A DNA stretch of 54,548 nt from NCBI GenBank assembly GCA_964654355.1, contig CAZZIQ010000002.1, positions 1-54,548 of the forward strand, read 5' to 3'. The position numbers and the translations under genes are program-made. Numbering within the stretch: position 1 is the first letter of the stretch; each line of letters opens with the position of its first letter. The notes beneath the pieces were generated by a model that worked only from the letters and a program-made list of their open reading frames with translations, made no database searches and was not told where the DNA came from. The DNA is from an uncultured Piscirickettsiaceae bacterium (GTDB lineage Bacteria > Pseudomonadota > Gammaproteobacteria > GCF-002020875). Of this stretch, positions 15,283-25,906 are shown one piece after another.

Positions 15283-17570
15283 GCAGTGATCTCAGTGAGG
15301 GAGGGGCGGAGTGGCAGCAGCAGAGTGAAGCAGGCGCCACCTTCCTTGCGATTTTCGGCGGCGAGTGAGCCGCCATGCTCTTCGACAATACGTTTCACAA
15401 TCGCCAATCCTAGTCCGGTTCCCTTGGGTTTGGTAGTTGCATAGGGCTCAAACAGGTGGTCGATGACGCTGTCAGGGATGCCTGGGCCGTTGTCGCAGAA
15501 GCGTAGGCGAACTTGGGCAGGTTCAATCTCATCGGCACGCTGAGCCTGGATTTGTACCTTGACCGCATCCTCAGTGCTCGCCTCAAGTGCATTCTTCACC
15601 AGATTGAGTACCACTTGGCGCAGGCGATCCCGGTCAGCATGCAGGGTGGGAAGCTCGGGTGGAACCTCGAGCTCGATCTGAACGCGCGCATCATCGGCAT
15701 ACAACTGAAGGGCCTGCGGTAGGAAGGTTTGTAGGGCCAGTTCGGCGAGCTCGAGCTTCGGTGGGCGTGCATAGTCCGAGAACGCCTTCACCATACGCTT
15801 CATCGCCTCGACCTGATCGATGATGGTGTGAGTCATGCGCCGTAAGAATGCTGCATTGCTGTCATCCAACGCAGCAGAGAGCTTGTGTTGTAAGCGCTCG
15901 GCCGAGAGTTGGATGGGCGTCAGTGGATTTTTGATTTCATGGGCCAAACGTTTTGCGACTTCACTCCATGCCGCACCGCGTTGCGCTTCAACCAGAGCGG
16001 TGATGTCTTCAAACACAACCACGTAGCCAGAGGTTTCTGCGCGACCGGGTAACCACGTGCCACGCATCAGCAAAATGCGTCGCCCTTGCGGGGTTTGAAT
16101 GTGAAGTTCTTCATCCCACTCTAGCGCCCAGCTAGCAAGATGTGGTTTTAGCAGCGCCACCACCTGTCGAAGATGGGGGTGATGTTGCATCAGCATGTCG
16201 AGATTCGGTTCGTCTTGACCTTGCAGGCTAATCCCTAAAATTTGACAGGCCGCACGATTGAAGCGGCGAATGTTATGTTTGGTGTCTAGCACCAATACGC
16301 CAGAAGAAAGGTGGGATAGAACCGCTTCTAAATACGCGCGCTGATTCTCGGTTTGTTTACGGCTGCGTTCGAGATCGCTACGGGCAAGACTGAGGCGGCG
16401 CGTCATTACGTTGAAGGAATTCACCAGAAAACCGAGGTCATCTTGGCTCGGTTGTGCGAGCTCCATATCGTATTGACCATCCGCAACCTTGCGCGTGCCT
16501 TCAGCCAGATCGCGAATCGGGGCGGTAAGGCGCTTCGCTGTGAACAATGCGCCCCAGCCGGCAAGCAACAAGCTGATGAATAGCATCAACGAAAGACTAA
16601 TGGTGTACGAAAGCTGAAGGTGGTCTTCGAGGTAGGTGATTTGTTGCTGGCCTACGGTAATCATTCGCACGGCATTCATTTGCTCTTCGATTTCGCGCGG
16701 CATCGGGTAGTCGGCTATGAGGAAGAGCAAGCGCTGTGGGTTTTCCAGGGGAGGCTCTACCCGTACTGCAACTTGAATGATTTGTCCGAGTTGTGGGTCG
16801 GCGACGATTTGTGTGGCGAAGTTGTAATCACGCGCAGTCGCAACAAGATTGCGCAAGTCGCTGGTTTCTTCTGACAGCGGGCTATCACTAAAGCGATCAA
16901 TGTCGCTGCTGGTGTTGGTTTTGGGGATGCTCAGTTGCAGGATTGTGCTGGACAAGCTACTGGCGACTAGCCCGAGCTGGTTGTCGACGATTTGCATCTC
17001 ATAACTCTGGGTATCGGTGCGTGCTAGTACAGCATCCAGTTCTACCCCGATCACATCATTGCTCAAGCTCTGTAGTTGGTAAGCCACAAACTGCGTTGTG
17101 CCAATGTGACGTTTCTTGCGCTCATCGATTGCGCTCTGTCCGAGTGCTTTTGCGCTTTCTAATGCTTGCGTGACATCGCGATCAAACCAGCTATCGATGC
17201 CTGAGTTGAGCATGCGGATCGAGAAGAAATACACCAAGGACACCGGGATCAATGCGATGATCAAAAACATGCCAAGCAGGCGCATATGTAGGCGGATGCC
17301 TGGAAGGCCGAGACGCCACGCTTTGACCAGCCGCAGCAGTTGCCGCGCAAGATAGCCCAATACCAAAACCAGACCAGCAACGTTGAGCGAGGTAATAGCC
17401 GTGTAGAAACGGTTGTAGTCCGTCGAACTGCTCATCGCAATGAACAGCAACACAGCAGCAAGAAAGAGCGCAGCAACGCCTAATAGAGGAACGGTGTTTT
17501 GCGCTGCCCAACGTAAGCCTGCCCAGAACAATCCGCCACTTTGACGCAGCATGCGAAAGAGTGTGGTCAT
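15279..17570 (-). CDS. ntrY: Membrane sensor histidine kinase with HAMP, PAS and HisKA/HATPase domains (NtrY-like)
   Basis: N-terminal TM block. H-box is LAHEIKNPLTPIQLSAERL. The N-box is LVKNALEAS and the G-boxes are DNGPGI and GTGLGLAIV. Start trimmed to MTTLFRML (ATG 17570), which overlaps the upstream stop as ATGA. Confidence 0.7.
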   Translation of the reverse strand: MTTLFRMLRQSGGLFWAGLRWAAQNTVPLLGVAALFLAAVLLFIAMSSSTDYNRFYTAITSLNVAGLVLVLGYLARQLLRLVKAWRLGLPGIRLHMRLLGMFLIIALIPVSLVYFFSIRMLNSGIDSWFDRDVTQALESAKALGQSAIDERKKRHIGTTQFVAYQLQSLSNDVIGVELDAVLARTDTQSYEMQIVDNQLGLVASSLSSTILQLSIPKTNTSSDIDRFSDSPLSEETSDLRNLVATARDYNFATQIVADPQLGQIIQVAVRVEPPLENPQRLLFLIADYPMPREIEEQMNAVRMITVGQQQITYLEDHLQLSYTISLSLMLFISLLLAGWGALFTAKRLTAPIRDLAEGTRKVADGQYDMELAQPSQDDLGFLVNSFNVMTRRLSLARSDLERSRKQTENQRAYLEAVLSHLSSGVLVLDTKHNIRRFNRAACQILGISLQGQDEPNLDMLMQHHPHLRQVVALLKPHLASWALEWDEELHIQTPQGRRILLMRGTWLPGRAETSGYVVVFEDITALVEAQRGAAWSEVAKRLAHEIKNPLTPIQLSAERLQHKLSAALDDSNAAFLRRMTHTIIDQVEAMKRMVKAFSDYARPPKLELAELALQTFLPQALQLYADDARVQIELEVPPELPTLHADRDRLRQVVLNLVKNALEASTEDAVKVQIQAQRADEIEPAQVRLRFCDNGPGIPDSVIDHLFEPYATTKPKGTGLGLAIVKRIVEEHGGSLAAENRKEGGACFTLLLPLRPSLTEITA

Positions 17571-18106
17571 GGCGCCAACTCCGGTAACGTGACGCTGTGC
17601 CACCCACTGTCTTCATGCCAAGCAGAATCAAGCCATGCGGTCAGTCGCATCGGTCCCGGTAAGCTGCTGCGATCTAGGCTCAGGCGCGCTCGGATGGCAC
17701 GATTCGGTTCGAGTAGTGCGCTGCGCGGAAAGGGCTGGATCAATTGACGTCGGCCGAGATCTTGTTGTGCTTGGCCGAGATCAGGTGCGAGCCGCAAAGA
17801 AAGTGTGCGAACTTGATAGTTTTGTAACAGCGGGTCATAGGAAAGGGTGACCAATTGCTCCACATTCGAGACCGTGTGTTTCCACCAGCCGCGCAGGCGT
17901 GGTTCATACAGCTCAAGCTCATAGAGGAATACCAAAGGGATGCCATTCTGGAGTGCTTCACGCACCGCAGGCTCGAGCGTGACTTGGTAGTTGCTACTTA
18001 TGCTCACCGTGTTCGTGCCAGCATGGAGTTGGGTATCGCGATGCTCAATTTGTGCGTGTACCTGGGGCGCCAGCATTAGCAATAGTGCAACAAGCGCAGT
18101 GCGCAT
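17567..18106 (-). CDS. Exported protein, probably DUF4390 family
   Basis: Signal peptide MRTALVALLLMLAPQVHA. About 180 aa, located between rsmB and the ntrY-like kinase, where DUF4390 proteins are commonly found. Family assignment is from memory of the pattern (LVFLYELELYEPR...TLSYDPLLQNYQV). Confidence 0.55.
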   Translation of the reverse strand: MRTALVALLLMLAPQVHAQIEHRDTQLHAGTNTVSISSNYQVTLEPAVREALQNGIPLVFLYELELYEPRLRGWWKHTVSNVEQLVTLSYDPLLQNYQVRTLSLRLAPDLGQAQQDLGRRQLIQPFPRSALLEPNRAIRARLSLDRSSLPGPMRLTAWLDSAWHEDSGWHSVTLPELAP

Positions 18107-18109
18107 GGC

Positions 18110-19462
18110 TTAAGCCTTTTTGCGCAGACGCGCGTAATAAAAGCCATCCATCTCGTGCTCGCCGGGAAAGAGTTGGCGTCCATGGGCTTGTGCGGCTCCC
18201 CAGTTCGCTTCGATGGGTACTTCTTCAGCATCGGTATGTTGCGTTAGAAATGTCGCCACAAGATCCGAGTTCTCAGCAGGCAAAACCGAGCATGTGGCGT
18301 AGAGCAGAATGCCATTGGGTTTTAGCATCGACCATAGATTTTCGAGGATGGCATGCTGGGTTTTTGCCAATTTTGGGATATCCGTCGGGCGACGTAGCCA
18401 AGCAATGTCCGGATTGCGTCGAATCACACCCGTCGCGCTACAGGGCGCGTCGAGCAATATGCGGTCGAACGCTTTGCCATCCCACCAATCCTGCTGTCCG
18501 GCATCACCATGCCGGACGGTCGCTTGTGCGCCGATACGCTGCAGGGTTTGTTGTAAGCGCGGCAATCGCGTAGGGTCGCTTTCCAGCGCAACAACATCTA
18601 AAGACTGATTGGACTGCAGAATATGAGCGGTCTTTCCGCCAGGCGCAGCGCAGGCATCAAGCACGTGCTGCTGATCAGCCAGTTGGAGTAGTTCAGCAGC
18701 AAGTTGTGGTGCGGCATCTTGAACCGATACCCGTCCTTCAGCAAAACCGGGCAGGGTATCAACGGCCTGTGCGTGTTCGAGGATGATGGCCTGTGAAGAA
18801 ATCGCATGCGCATGTCCAGTAATGCCCAGTGACGCTAGCTCATCTAGATAAGCCACGCGATCACCAAATACGCGTAGGGTCATCGGCGCCTGCTGGCTGC
18901 TGGCTTCTGCGATGGCTTGCCAGTGGTCAGGCCACGCACTGTGAATCTGTTGGCACAACCAAGTGGGCAGGTTGCGGCAGCCTTCTTCAGATACGCCACG
19001 ATCGAGCGCTTCATGTTCGCGTTGATAGCGGCGTAGCGTTGCATTGAGCATGCCGCGTGCCCAGTCTTTATCGAGCACTGCCGCGGCATCTACGGTCGCA
19101 TGGAGTGCGGCGTGCGCCGGAATGCGCGTGCTGCGGAGTTGGTATAAGCCAACCCAAAGCAAAGCCTCCAAATCGGCATCGCGTTCTTTCAGTGGTTTGT
19201 TCAGGAGTTGTTTGCTGAGCCCATGTAGGGAATACGCCTCACGCAACACGCCATAGACCAGCTCTTGTAGTAATGCGCCATCGCGCGGATCGAGTGTTGC
19301 GCGCGCCTCAGGCAGTGCGTCGGCCAGTGATGCGCCTTCTTCGCGCACGCGCTGAATGACTTGCGCTGCTTGCGCGCGCAGTGCGGCGCCCGCATCTATG
19401 TTGCGCGGCTTGGGCGTAGATTTACGAAAGCGACGCTGTGGCTGATTCAAAGTGGAATCCAT
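18110..19462 (-). CDS. rsmB: 16S rRNA (cytosine967-C5)-methyltransferase RsmB
   Basis: NusB-like N-terminal domain plus SAM-MTase motifs ([38 protein letters not shown]). The fmt-rsmB order is conserved. The start overlaps the fmt 3' end by 41 nt and could lie further downstream. Confidence 0.9.
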   Translation of the reverse strand: MDSTLNQPQRRFRKSTPKPRNIDAGAALRAQAAQVIQRVREEGASLADALPEARATLDPRDGALLQELVYGVLREAYSLHGLSKQLLNKPLKERDADLEALLWVGLYQLRSTRIPAHAALHATVDAAAVLDKDWARGMLNATLRRYQREHEALDRGVSEEGCRNLPTWLCQQIHSAWPDHWQAIAEASSQQAPMTLRVFGDRVAYLDELASLGITGHAHAISSQAIILEHAQAVDTLPGFAEGRVSVQDAAPQLAAELLQLADQQHVLDACAAPGGKTAHILQSNQSLDVVALESDPTRLPRLQQTLQRIGAQATVRHGDAGQQDWWDGKAFDRILLDAPCSATGVIRRNPDIAWLRRPTDIPKLAKTQHAILENLWSMLKPNGILLYATCSVLPAENSDLVATFLTQHTDAEEVPIEANWGAAQAHGRQLFPGEHEMDGFYYARLRKKA

Positions 19463-20408
19463 CGAGCAGTTGTGGGCGCGCGTTTAAGAAATCGGCAACC
19501 GGCATGGCTTTTTTGCCGGGTGGTTGCAGCTGCAGGACGCGCAGCACGCCATCGCCCGTCGCGACATCAATGCCTTCGCGACCGACCCGTACGGTCTGTC
19601 CGGGCACTGCATGACTAACTTCGCTCATGCATTTTGCTTGCCAAATGCGGAAGTCTTGTCCGTCCAGGCGGGCATACGCCATCGGCCACGGATTGAATGC
19701 GCGAATGCGTCGATCGAGTTCGGCCGCAGGCTTTGACCAATCCAAGAGCGCTTCATCCTTGTGTAGCTTTTCTGCATAGGTAGTGTGTGCATTGTCCTGC
19801 GCGATCGCCTGTGCGCGTTGTGTTTCGAGATCGGCCAGCGATTCCAGAATGGCCTGCGCACCGAGTTCTGCCAAGCGGTCATGCAGAGTCTGGCTGGTGT
19901 CTTCTGTGCTGATTGTTGTGCGCAACACATGCAACATCGGTCCGGTGTCGAGGCCTGCTTCCATTTGCATGATCGTCACGCCGGTTTCGGCATCGCCCGC
20001 ATCAATTGCGCGTTGAATGGGTGCTGCACCACGCCAACGTGGCAACAATGAAGCATGAATATTAAGACAGCCATAACGTGGTTGATCGAGCACCGCTTGC
20101 GGCAAGATCAGACCATAGGCCACAACCACCATGACATCGGCTTGATAGCGTGCGAGCTGGGCTTGCGCATCTGTATCGCGTAGGCTGAGTGGTTGTTCAA
20201 CTGGAATGTTCTGTTCAAGGGCCAGTTGTTTGACCGGGCTAGCGCGCAACTGCCGGCCACGACCTGCTGGGCGATCTGGCTGGGTGTAGGCCGCGACGAC
20301 TTCATGCGGCGATTCAATCAGCGCCTGCAACGCAGTTGCGGCAAATTCGGGGGTTCCGGCAAACACCACCCGCAATGGCGTCTGCACTGCGGGCGTTGGA
20401 TTCGTCAC
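19422..20408 (-). CDS. fmt: Methionyl-tRNA formyltransferase
   Basis: [14 protein letters not shown]-terminus, and the [18 protein letters not shown] catalytic motif. Confidence 0.93.
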   Translation of the reverse strand: MTNPTPAVQTPLRVVFAGTPEFAATALQALIESPHEVVAAYTQPDRPAGRGRQLRASPVKQLALEQNIPVEQPLSLRDTDAQAQLARYQADVMVVVAYGLILPQAVLDQPRYGCLNIHASLLPRWRGAAPIQRAIDAGDAETGVTIMQMEAGLDTGPMLHVLRTTISTEDTSQTLHDRLAELGAQAILESLADLETQRAQAIAQDNAHTTYAEKLHKDEALLDWSKPAAELDRRIRAFNPWPMAYARLDGQDFRIWQAKCMSEVSHAVPGQTVRVGREGIDVATGDGVLRVLQLQPPGKKAMPVADFLNARPQLLDGFHFESATASLS

Positions 20409-20908
20409 AAGGTTTCTCGCGCGTGTTTCTCGAGCTTCTTAATGATGCGGGTTTGTTTGAGCTTGGACAGGTAGTCAACAAACAGCTTGCCATCGAGATG
20501 GTCAATTTCGTGCTGGATGCAAATGGCGAGTAGGCCGTTGGCATCGAACTCGATCGTTTCGCCTTGTTCATTGAGGGCGCGCACACGGATGTGTTCGGCG
20601 CGCTGCACCTTGTCATAAATGCCCGGCACCGACAGGCAGCCTTCTTCCATCTCTTCCTCGCCTTCTTTGGCGATGACTTCTGGATTAATCAGTGCGAGGG
20701 GGGCCTCATGATTTTCAGAAATATCGACCACGATGACGCGCCGCAGATCATTCACCTGAGTCGCGGCGAGGCCGATGCCCGGCGCGGCATACATGGTTTC
20801 AAACATATTGGCGATGAAACTGCGCAGGGCGTCGTCCACCGTTGCTACCGGCAATGCACGGCGGCGGAGGCGGGGGTCGGGGTGATGCAAAATCGGCAAC
20901 AGAGCCAT
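20405..20908 (-). CDS. def: Peptide deformylase
   Basis: The three Def motifs are present: [17 protein letters not shown] and HEIDHLDG. Confidence 0.95.
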   Translation of the reverse strand: MALLPILHHPDPRLRRRALPVATVDDALRSFIANMFETMYAAPGIGLAATQVNDLRRVIVVDISENHEAPLALINPEVIAKEGEEEMEEGCLSVPGIYDKVQRAEHIRVRALNEQGETIEFDANGLLAICIQHEIDHLDGKLFVDYLSKLKQTRIIKKLEKHARETL

Positions 20909-20979
20909 AAGCGTTTGATCGTTTTCGGTTTTCTTAAAAAGCCATCGCGGCGGCGATCCTGGGGTCTATTATAGGCGTC

Positions 20980-22131
20980 ATGGTCAGTGATGTTCGCGTT
21001 CAAGATGATCCGCAACGGCTGCGCGCCTGGTTGTTGTTGGTGCGCGCACCGGGGGTCGGACCTGCGCGTATTCGCGACATCCTCACCCATTTCCCCGATC
21101 TTCAAGACTTTCTAAGTGCCGGGCCCAAGGCGCAGAAGGCCTCTGGGCTGCTCAAGCAAGACGCCTTGGATTTCCTCTCGCACAGTGAAGACGCAATTTT
21201 GGCCGATGATTTTGCCTGGTTGGAGCGCGAGGGCGCGCGCCTGTTTACGTTGGCTGATTCCGATTACCCCACATTGTTACGGCAGATCGCCGATCCGCCA
21301 GCAGTGCTGTACGTGCTGGGAGACGCTGCGGCCTTAGCGGTGCCGCAGGTGGCGATCGTCGGTAGCCGCAATCCTTCTCGTCCCGGCCGTGAGCTCGCCG
21401 AGCAGTTCGCTGCGGGGCTGAGTCAGGTTGGCTTCGCGATTACCAGCGGTCTGGCGGCGGGTATCGACGCTGCTGCTCATGAAGGGGCGCTCAATGCGGG
21501 CGGACGGACCTTGGCGGTGTTGGGCACCGGGGTGGATCGTGTCTATCCGGCCAATCATCGTGACCTGGCACGGCGTATCGTGGCCGAGGGTGGTGTCTTG
21601 GTTTCCGAATTTCCGCTTGGCACTGGGCCCCACGCCAGTCATTTCCCGCGCCGCAACCGAATCTTGAGCGGCCTTGCCTTAGGTACGCTGGTGGTGGAGG
21701 CGGCGTTGCGCAGCGGCTCATTAATCACGGCGCGGCAGGCGTTAGAACAAGGCCGTGAGGTGTTTGCGATCCCTGGCTCAATTCACAACCCGCTGGCGCG
21801 CGGCTGCCATCGCCTGATTCGCGACGGCGCGAAACTGGTCGAGAGCGTTGATGACGTGCTGGAAGATTTGGAGGGTTTGGTGGGTTACCTGCGCGCGCAG
21901 TTTGAAAGCGCGGAGTTGGAGGACAGTTCTGGCGCGACCGCGTCTTGGTCGGCCGATTCGGAGGAGGCAGCTTTGCTCAGTGCCATGGGGGGTGACCCCG
22001 CCAGCATCGACCAATTGGTCGAACGCAGTGGTTTGACGGCCGACCGGGTTTCCTCCATGCTCCTTGCTCTAGAACTGCAAGGACGCGTTCAGATGCTCCC
22101 CGGTGGGCGGGCGCAGGTCAGCCATCCCTGA
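20980..22131 (+). CDS. dprA: DNA-processing protein DprA (Smf)
   Basis: Rossmann-like core with VAIVGSRNPS...GLAAGIDAAAHEGAL...VLGTGVDRVYP...FPRRNRILSGL. It is divergent from def, as in many proteobacteria. Confidence 0.9.
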   Translation: MVSDVRVQDDPQRLRAWLLLVRAPGVGPARIRDILTHFPDLQDFLSAGPKAQKASGLLKQDALDFLSHSEDAILADDFAWLEREGARLFTLADSDYPTLLRQIADPPAVLYVLGDAAALAVPQVAIVGSRNPSRPGRELAEQFAAGLSQVGFAITSGLAAGIDAAAHEGALNAGGRTLAVLGTGVDRVYPANHRDLARRIVAEGGVLVSEFPLGTGPHASHFPRRNRILSGLALGTLVVEAALRSGSLITARQALEQGREVFAIPGSIHNPLARGCHRLIRDGAKLVESVDDVLEDLEGLVGYLRAQFESAELEDSSGATASWSADSEEAALLSAMGGDPASIDQLVERSGLTADRVSSMLLALELQGRVQMLPGGRAQVSHP

Positions 22132-22154
22132 CCACTCAATTCAAGGACTCATGC

Positions 22155-22616
22155 ATGCTTGATGTGCTGGTCTACCTCTTCGAGAACTACATTCACGAAG
22201 AGGTCGACGAAAACACCGACGAAGAGGCGTTGCGCATAACGCTGCGCGAGGCTGGCTTTCCGGATGCCAAGGTCGATAAGGCCTTTGATTGGCTCGAAAC
22301 CCTCTCTGCGATGCATGAAAACTGGGAAAATCTCGAGCCACCCGCTTCCTTTCGTCTGTACATTCCTGCGGAACTCGAACGCCTGGATGCCGCTGCGCGC
22401 GGACTCTTGTTGTTCCTTGAGCAGAGTGGAGTCCTAGATCCGGTTTCCCGCGAGCTTGTTATTGATCGCCTGATGGCGCTCGATGTCGACAAGATTGACG
22501 TAGATCACATCAAATGGGTGGTTCTTCTCGTCCTCTCGGGGCGTCCTGGGCATGAGGATGCGTTCGATTGGATGGAGGTTTTCGTCTACGACGGCAGCCC
22601 CGGTCGGTTGCATTGA
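22155..22616 (+). CDS. smg: Smg protein (DUF494)
   Basis: MLDVLVYLFENYIHEE N-terminus, about 150 aa, located between dprA and topA. Confidence 0.88.
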   Translation: MLDVLVYLFENYIHEEVDENTDEEALRITLREAGFPDAKVDKAFDWLETLSAMHENWENLEPPASFRLYIPAELERLDAAARGLLLFLEQSGVLDPVSRELVIDRLMALDVDKIDVDHIKWVVLLVLSGRPGHEDAFDWMEVFVYDGSPGRLH

Positions 22617-22686
22617 GCCCCGTTTTTCTTCCCTGCTGCGTGCGGCGCGCTTGCGTTGGCGCCGCTTTTCCTGACAATCGCGCGCC

Positions 22687-25296
22687 GTGAGCAAGAATCT
22701 CGTCATCGTCGAATCCCCGGCCAAAGCACGCACCATCGAAAAGTTTCTTGGTGAGGACTTCAGCGTCGTTTCCAGTATGGGCCACATCCGCGACCTGACC
22801 AAGGGTGGCGTGACCCTGCGTTGCAAGGACCGCAAGGTAGACACCGAATATGCGGTTGATGACGACAAGAAGAAGGTCATTGCCGACCTGAAGAAGCGGG
22901 CCAAGGCGGCGGAAGTCGTCTGGCTGGCGACGGATGAGGACCGCGAAGGGGAGGCGATTGCCTGGCATCTCGAGGAGGTGCTCGGCTTGCAGGACAAAAT
23001 CACCAAGCGTATCGCCTTTCATGAAATTACCAAGCCGGCGATTCTCAAGGCGATCGCCAATCCGCGCGAGATTGATCGTGATTTGGTGAATGGTCAGCAG
23101 GCACGCCGTGTGCTCGATCGTTTGGTGGGTTTCGAGCTGTCGCCGGTGTTGTGGAAGAAGATTCAGACCGGGCTTTCCGCGGGGCGTGTGCAATCGGTGG
23201 CGGTGCGTTTGGTGGTCGAGCGTGAGCGCGAGATCAATGCCTTCACGCCTGTTTCAAGTTTCAAGGTTATTGCTACCGTTGAAACCGAGGCTATGGACCA
23301 GTTTGCCGCGCGACTTCCGAAAGACCTGACATCACTTGAGAATGCCGAAGACTTATTAAAGCGTCTGCAGGGGAAGTCGGTGCGTGTTGGTGCGGTCGAA
23401 CGCAAGCCGGCGCGCCGCGCGCCGCCGCCGCCGTTCACCACATCAACTCTGCAGCAGGCCGCGTCTTCGCGTTTAGGCTTCACCTTGCGTCAGACCATGT
23501 CGCTGGCGCAGCGCTTATATGAGTCGGGCAAGATCACCTACATGCGTACCGACTCAGTCAATATGTCTGAACAGGCCTTGGCGCAAGCGGGTGAGTACGT
23601 TAGCAAGACCTTTGGTAAGGATTATGCTGAGCGCCGCCAGTACAAGACTAAATCCTCTTCGGCGCAGGAAGCGCATGAGGCGATTCGCCCAACCGATTTC
23701 ACAATTGACGAAGTTTCCGGCGAGCGCAACGAACAGCGTTTGTATCGTTTGATTTGGGAGCGTGCGCTTGGCTCGCAGATGAGTGATGCGCGTTTCGAAC
23801 GCACCACTGCAACGCTGCACCCTGAAGGGGTGGAAGAGCATTTTGTCGCCAAGGGCGAAGTGCTGACCTTTGATGGCTTCTTGCGAGTGCAATTGGGTGC
23901 GGGCAAATCGAGCAAGCAAGAATCCGATGCTGGTGACGATGAGGCCGATGACAATGATGACAAACGCCTGCCGCCATTGGAGCCGGATCAAATCTTGGAT
24001 TTGATCAGCGTTGTTGCCGAAGAACAATTTAGCCGTGCGCCGGCGCGTTTCACCGAGGCCAGTCTGGTGCGTAAGCTCGAAGAAATGGGCATTGGTCGCC
24101 CATCCACTTATGCGCCGACCATCACTACGATTCAAAACCGCGGTTATGTGACTAAAGAAGAGCGCGAAGGTACCGAGCGTACGGTGCGCCGTATTCGTAT
24201 GGACCGTAAACCGGTTGAGCGCGATGACCGTACCGAAATTACCGGGCGCGATCGTGGCAAGCTTTTCCCGAGTGATATTGCCGGAATCGTGACTGACTTT
24301 TTGGTTAAGCAGTTCGAAGAGGTCATTGACTATCAGTTCACCGCGAAGGTGGAAGAACAGTTTGATGAGATCTCAGAAGGTCGGCGTGATTGGCAAGAAA
24401 TGATTTGCGCCTTCTATCAGCCGTTCCATCAAGACGTTGAAGCCGCAGAACTCGTTTCTCGCGAGGAAGCGGCGCAGGTGCGTCAGTTAGGAAACGATCC
24501 TGAAACAGGTCGGCCTGTGAGTGTGCGCGTGGGTCGTTATGGCGTGTTTGCACAGATTGGTACGCGTGATGATGAAGAGAAGCCGCAGTTTGCTGGATTG
24601 CGTGCCGATCAGCGCATGGACGCGGTAACCCTTGAAGACGTGTTGCCGCTCTTCAAGTTGCCACGTCACATTGGCCAAACTGAAAACGGTGAAGATGTCA
24701 GCGTCAACACAGGTCGCTTTGGCCCCTATGCGAGCCTGATGCATCATGAGATCGCTGAGCGAGTAGAAGCCTGGGGCGAGAAGGGGATTGGCCTGTTGCC
24801 ACGACATGTCTCGATTGATCCGCATGACCCGCACAGTATCGACATTGAGGCGGCGATGCCATTAATTGAGGCTAAGCGCGCAGAAGACAATGAAAAAGAA
24901 TTGCGCTTGTTTGAAGGTGAGCGCATTCAGGTTTTGGATGGTCGTTGGGGGCCGTACATTACCGATGGCTTCAAGAATGCCAAGGTCGACAAAGAAGCCG
25001 ACCCAACCCAGCTGACCCTGGAACAGTGCCAAGAAGCGCTTGGTAAAGTCGATAAAGTGCGCAAGCGTCTGTCCAGCCAGTTTCATGGTGGTGGTTATCT
25101 GCTGCATTACGAGCCCGAAGGCGGCCTGCCGCATGCAACGCTAAAGACCAGCGACGCAAAGGCGAAGAAGGCCATTGAGTTTGCCAAGCAGTTGGCCGAT
25201 GAAGGTCTTCGGATTCGCGTCATCTCCGCTTCAGGCGCAGCGCAATTGCGGTTGCAAGAAAAACGCGCTGCGGCGGCGGCCAAGAAGAAAAAATAA
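22687..25296 (+). CDS. topA: DNA topoisomerase I (type IA) with cysteine-free C-terminal repeats
   Basis: GTG start. TOPRIM LVIVESPAKARTIEKFLG and DEDREGEAIAWH. The catalytic region contains ITYMRTDS. C-terminal GRYGVF / GRFGPY / GRWGPY repeats are present and no CxxC zinc ribbons are seen. Lys-rich tail. Confidence 0.93.
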   Translation: MSKNLVIVESPAKARTIEKFLGEDFSVVSSMGHIRDLTKGGVTLRCKDRKVDTEYAVDDDKKKVIADLKKRAKAAEVVWLATDEDREGEAIAWHLEEVLGLQDKITKRIAFHEITKPAILKAIANPREIDRDLVNGQQARRVLDRLVGFELSPVLWKKIQTGLSAGRVQSVAVRLVVEREREINAFTPVSSFKVIATVETEAMDQFAARLPKDLTSLENAEDLLKRLQGKSVRVGAVERKPARRAPPPPFTTSTLQQAASSRLGFTLRQTMSLAQRLYESGKITYMRTDSVNMSEQALAQAGEYVSKTFGKDYAERRQYKTKSSSAQEAHEAIRPTDFTIDEVSGERNEQRLYRLIWERALGSQMSDARFERTTATLHPEGVEEHFVAKGEVLTFDGFLRVQLGAGKSSKQESDAGDDEADDNDDKRLPPLEPDQILDLISVVAEEQFSRAPARFTEASLVRKLEEMGIGRPSTYAPTITTIQNRGYVTKEEREGTERTVRRIRMDRKPVERDDRTEITGRDRGKLFPSDIAGIVTDFLVKQFEEVIDYQFTAKVEEQFDEISEGRRDWQEMICAFYQPFHQDVEAAELVSREEAAQVRQLGNDPETGRPVSVRVGRYGVFAQIGTRDDEEKPQFAGLRADQRMDAVTLEDVLPLFKLPRHIGQTENGEDVSVNTGRFGPYASLMHHEIAERVEAWGEKGIGLLPRHVSIDPHDPHSIDIEAAMPLIEAKRAEDNEKELRLFEGERIQVLDGRWGPYITDGFKNAKVDKEADPTQLTLEQCQEALGKVDKVRKRLSSQFHGGGYLLHYEPEGGLPHATLKTSDAKAKKAIEFAKQLADEGLRIRVISASGAAQLRLQEKRAAAAAKKKK

Positions 25297-25300
25297 TCCC

Positions 25301-25906
25301 ATGTCGCGACGCCGCGACAGCGCTTTACATCAGGAGTGGGCTCAGATCGCCGGCCGCATCTTGGCGGAAGGTTGGGCGGAAGGGTATGCCGATGCGCGTG
25401 AACGAGCCGCCGATGAGTTAGGTCTTTCTGCGCAAACGCGTGATGCACCCAACAATCGTGAGATTGATGCGGCCATGCGCGCCTATCAAGCTTTATTTCT
25501 TGCTGAAGAAACCGCTGCACGTGTGCGAGCACAGCGCGAAGTCGCGATGCGTTTGATGCTGGAGCTGGAATCGTTTGAGCCGCGTTTAGTGGGTCCAGCT
25601 CTTGCAGGTACAGCAACGCAGCAGACACCCATCAACCTGCACGTCTTCTCCGATGACCCCACCGCGCTGGAACGGTTTTTTCATGAAAAGCGGGTTCGTT
25701 TTGATGCGGATGCGCGCATATATCGTTTTGGTGGTGGGCGCGAAGAGCCGAGGCCGCTGTATCGCGTGAACTATCAAGATGAAGCGGTCGAAGTGGCCTT
25801 GTTTCCCGAAGTGGGTTTGCGTCAGTCGCCGTTATCCGCGCTCGATCAGCACGCAATGGAGCGTGCGACCCGTGCGCAAGTGGAAGCTTTATTGGTGAAT
25901 ACATGA
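25301..25906 (+). CDS. Hypothetical protein (201 aa), coupled to topA
   Basis: ATG lies 4 nt after the topA stop. The ORF-track start at 25175 overlaps topA and was trimmed. No family recognised with confidence. Confidence 0.6.
   Translation: MSRRRDSALHQEWAQIAGRILAEGWAEGYADARERAADELGLSAQTRDAPNNREIDAAMRAYQALFLAEETAARVRAQREVAMRLMLELESFEPRLVGPALAGTATQQTPINLHVFSDDPTALERFFHEKRVRFDADARIYRFGGGREEPRPLYRVNYQDEAVEVALFPEVGLRQSPLSALDQHAMERATRAQVEALLVNT

Noticed and set aside
22434-23193. ORFs of 190 and 227 aa antisense to smg/topA. Related shadow ORFs occur at 23554-24135 and 25107-25628.
   Set aside because: These are shadow frames of strongly supported genes. Their sequences are low-complexity and Arg/Ser-rich.
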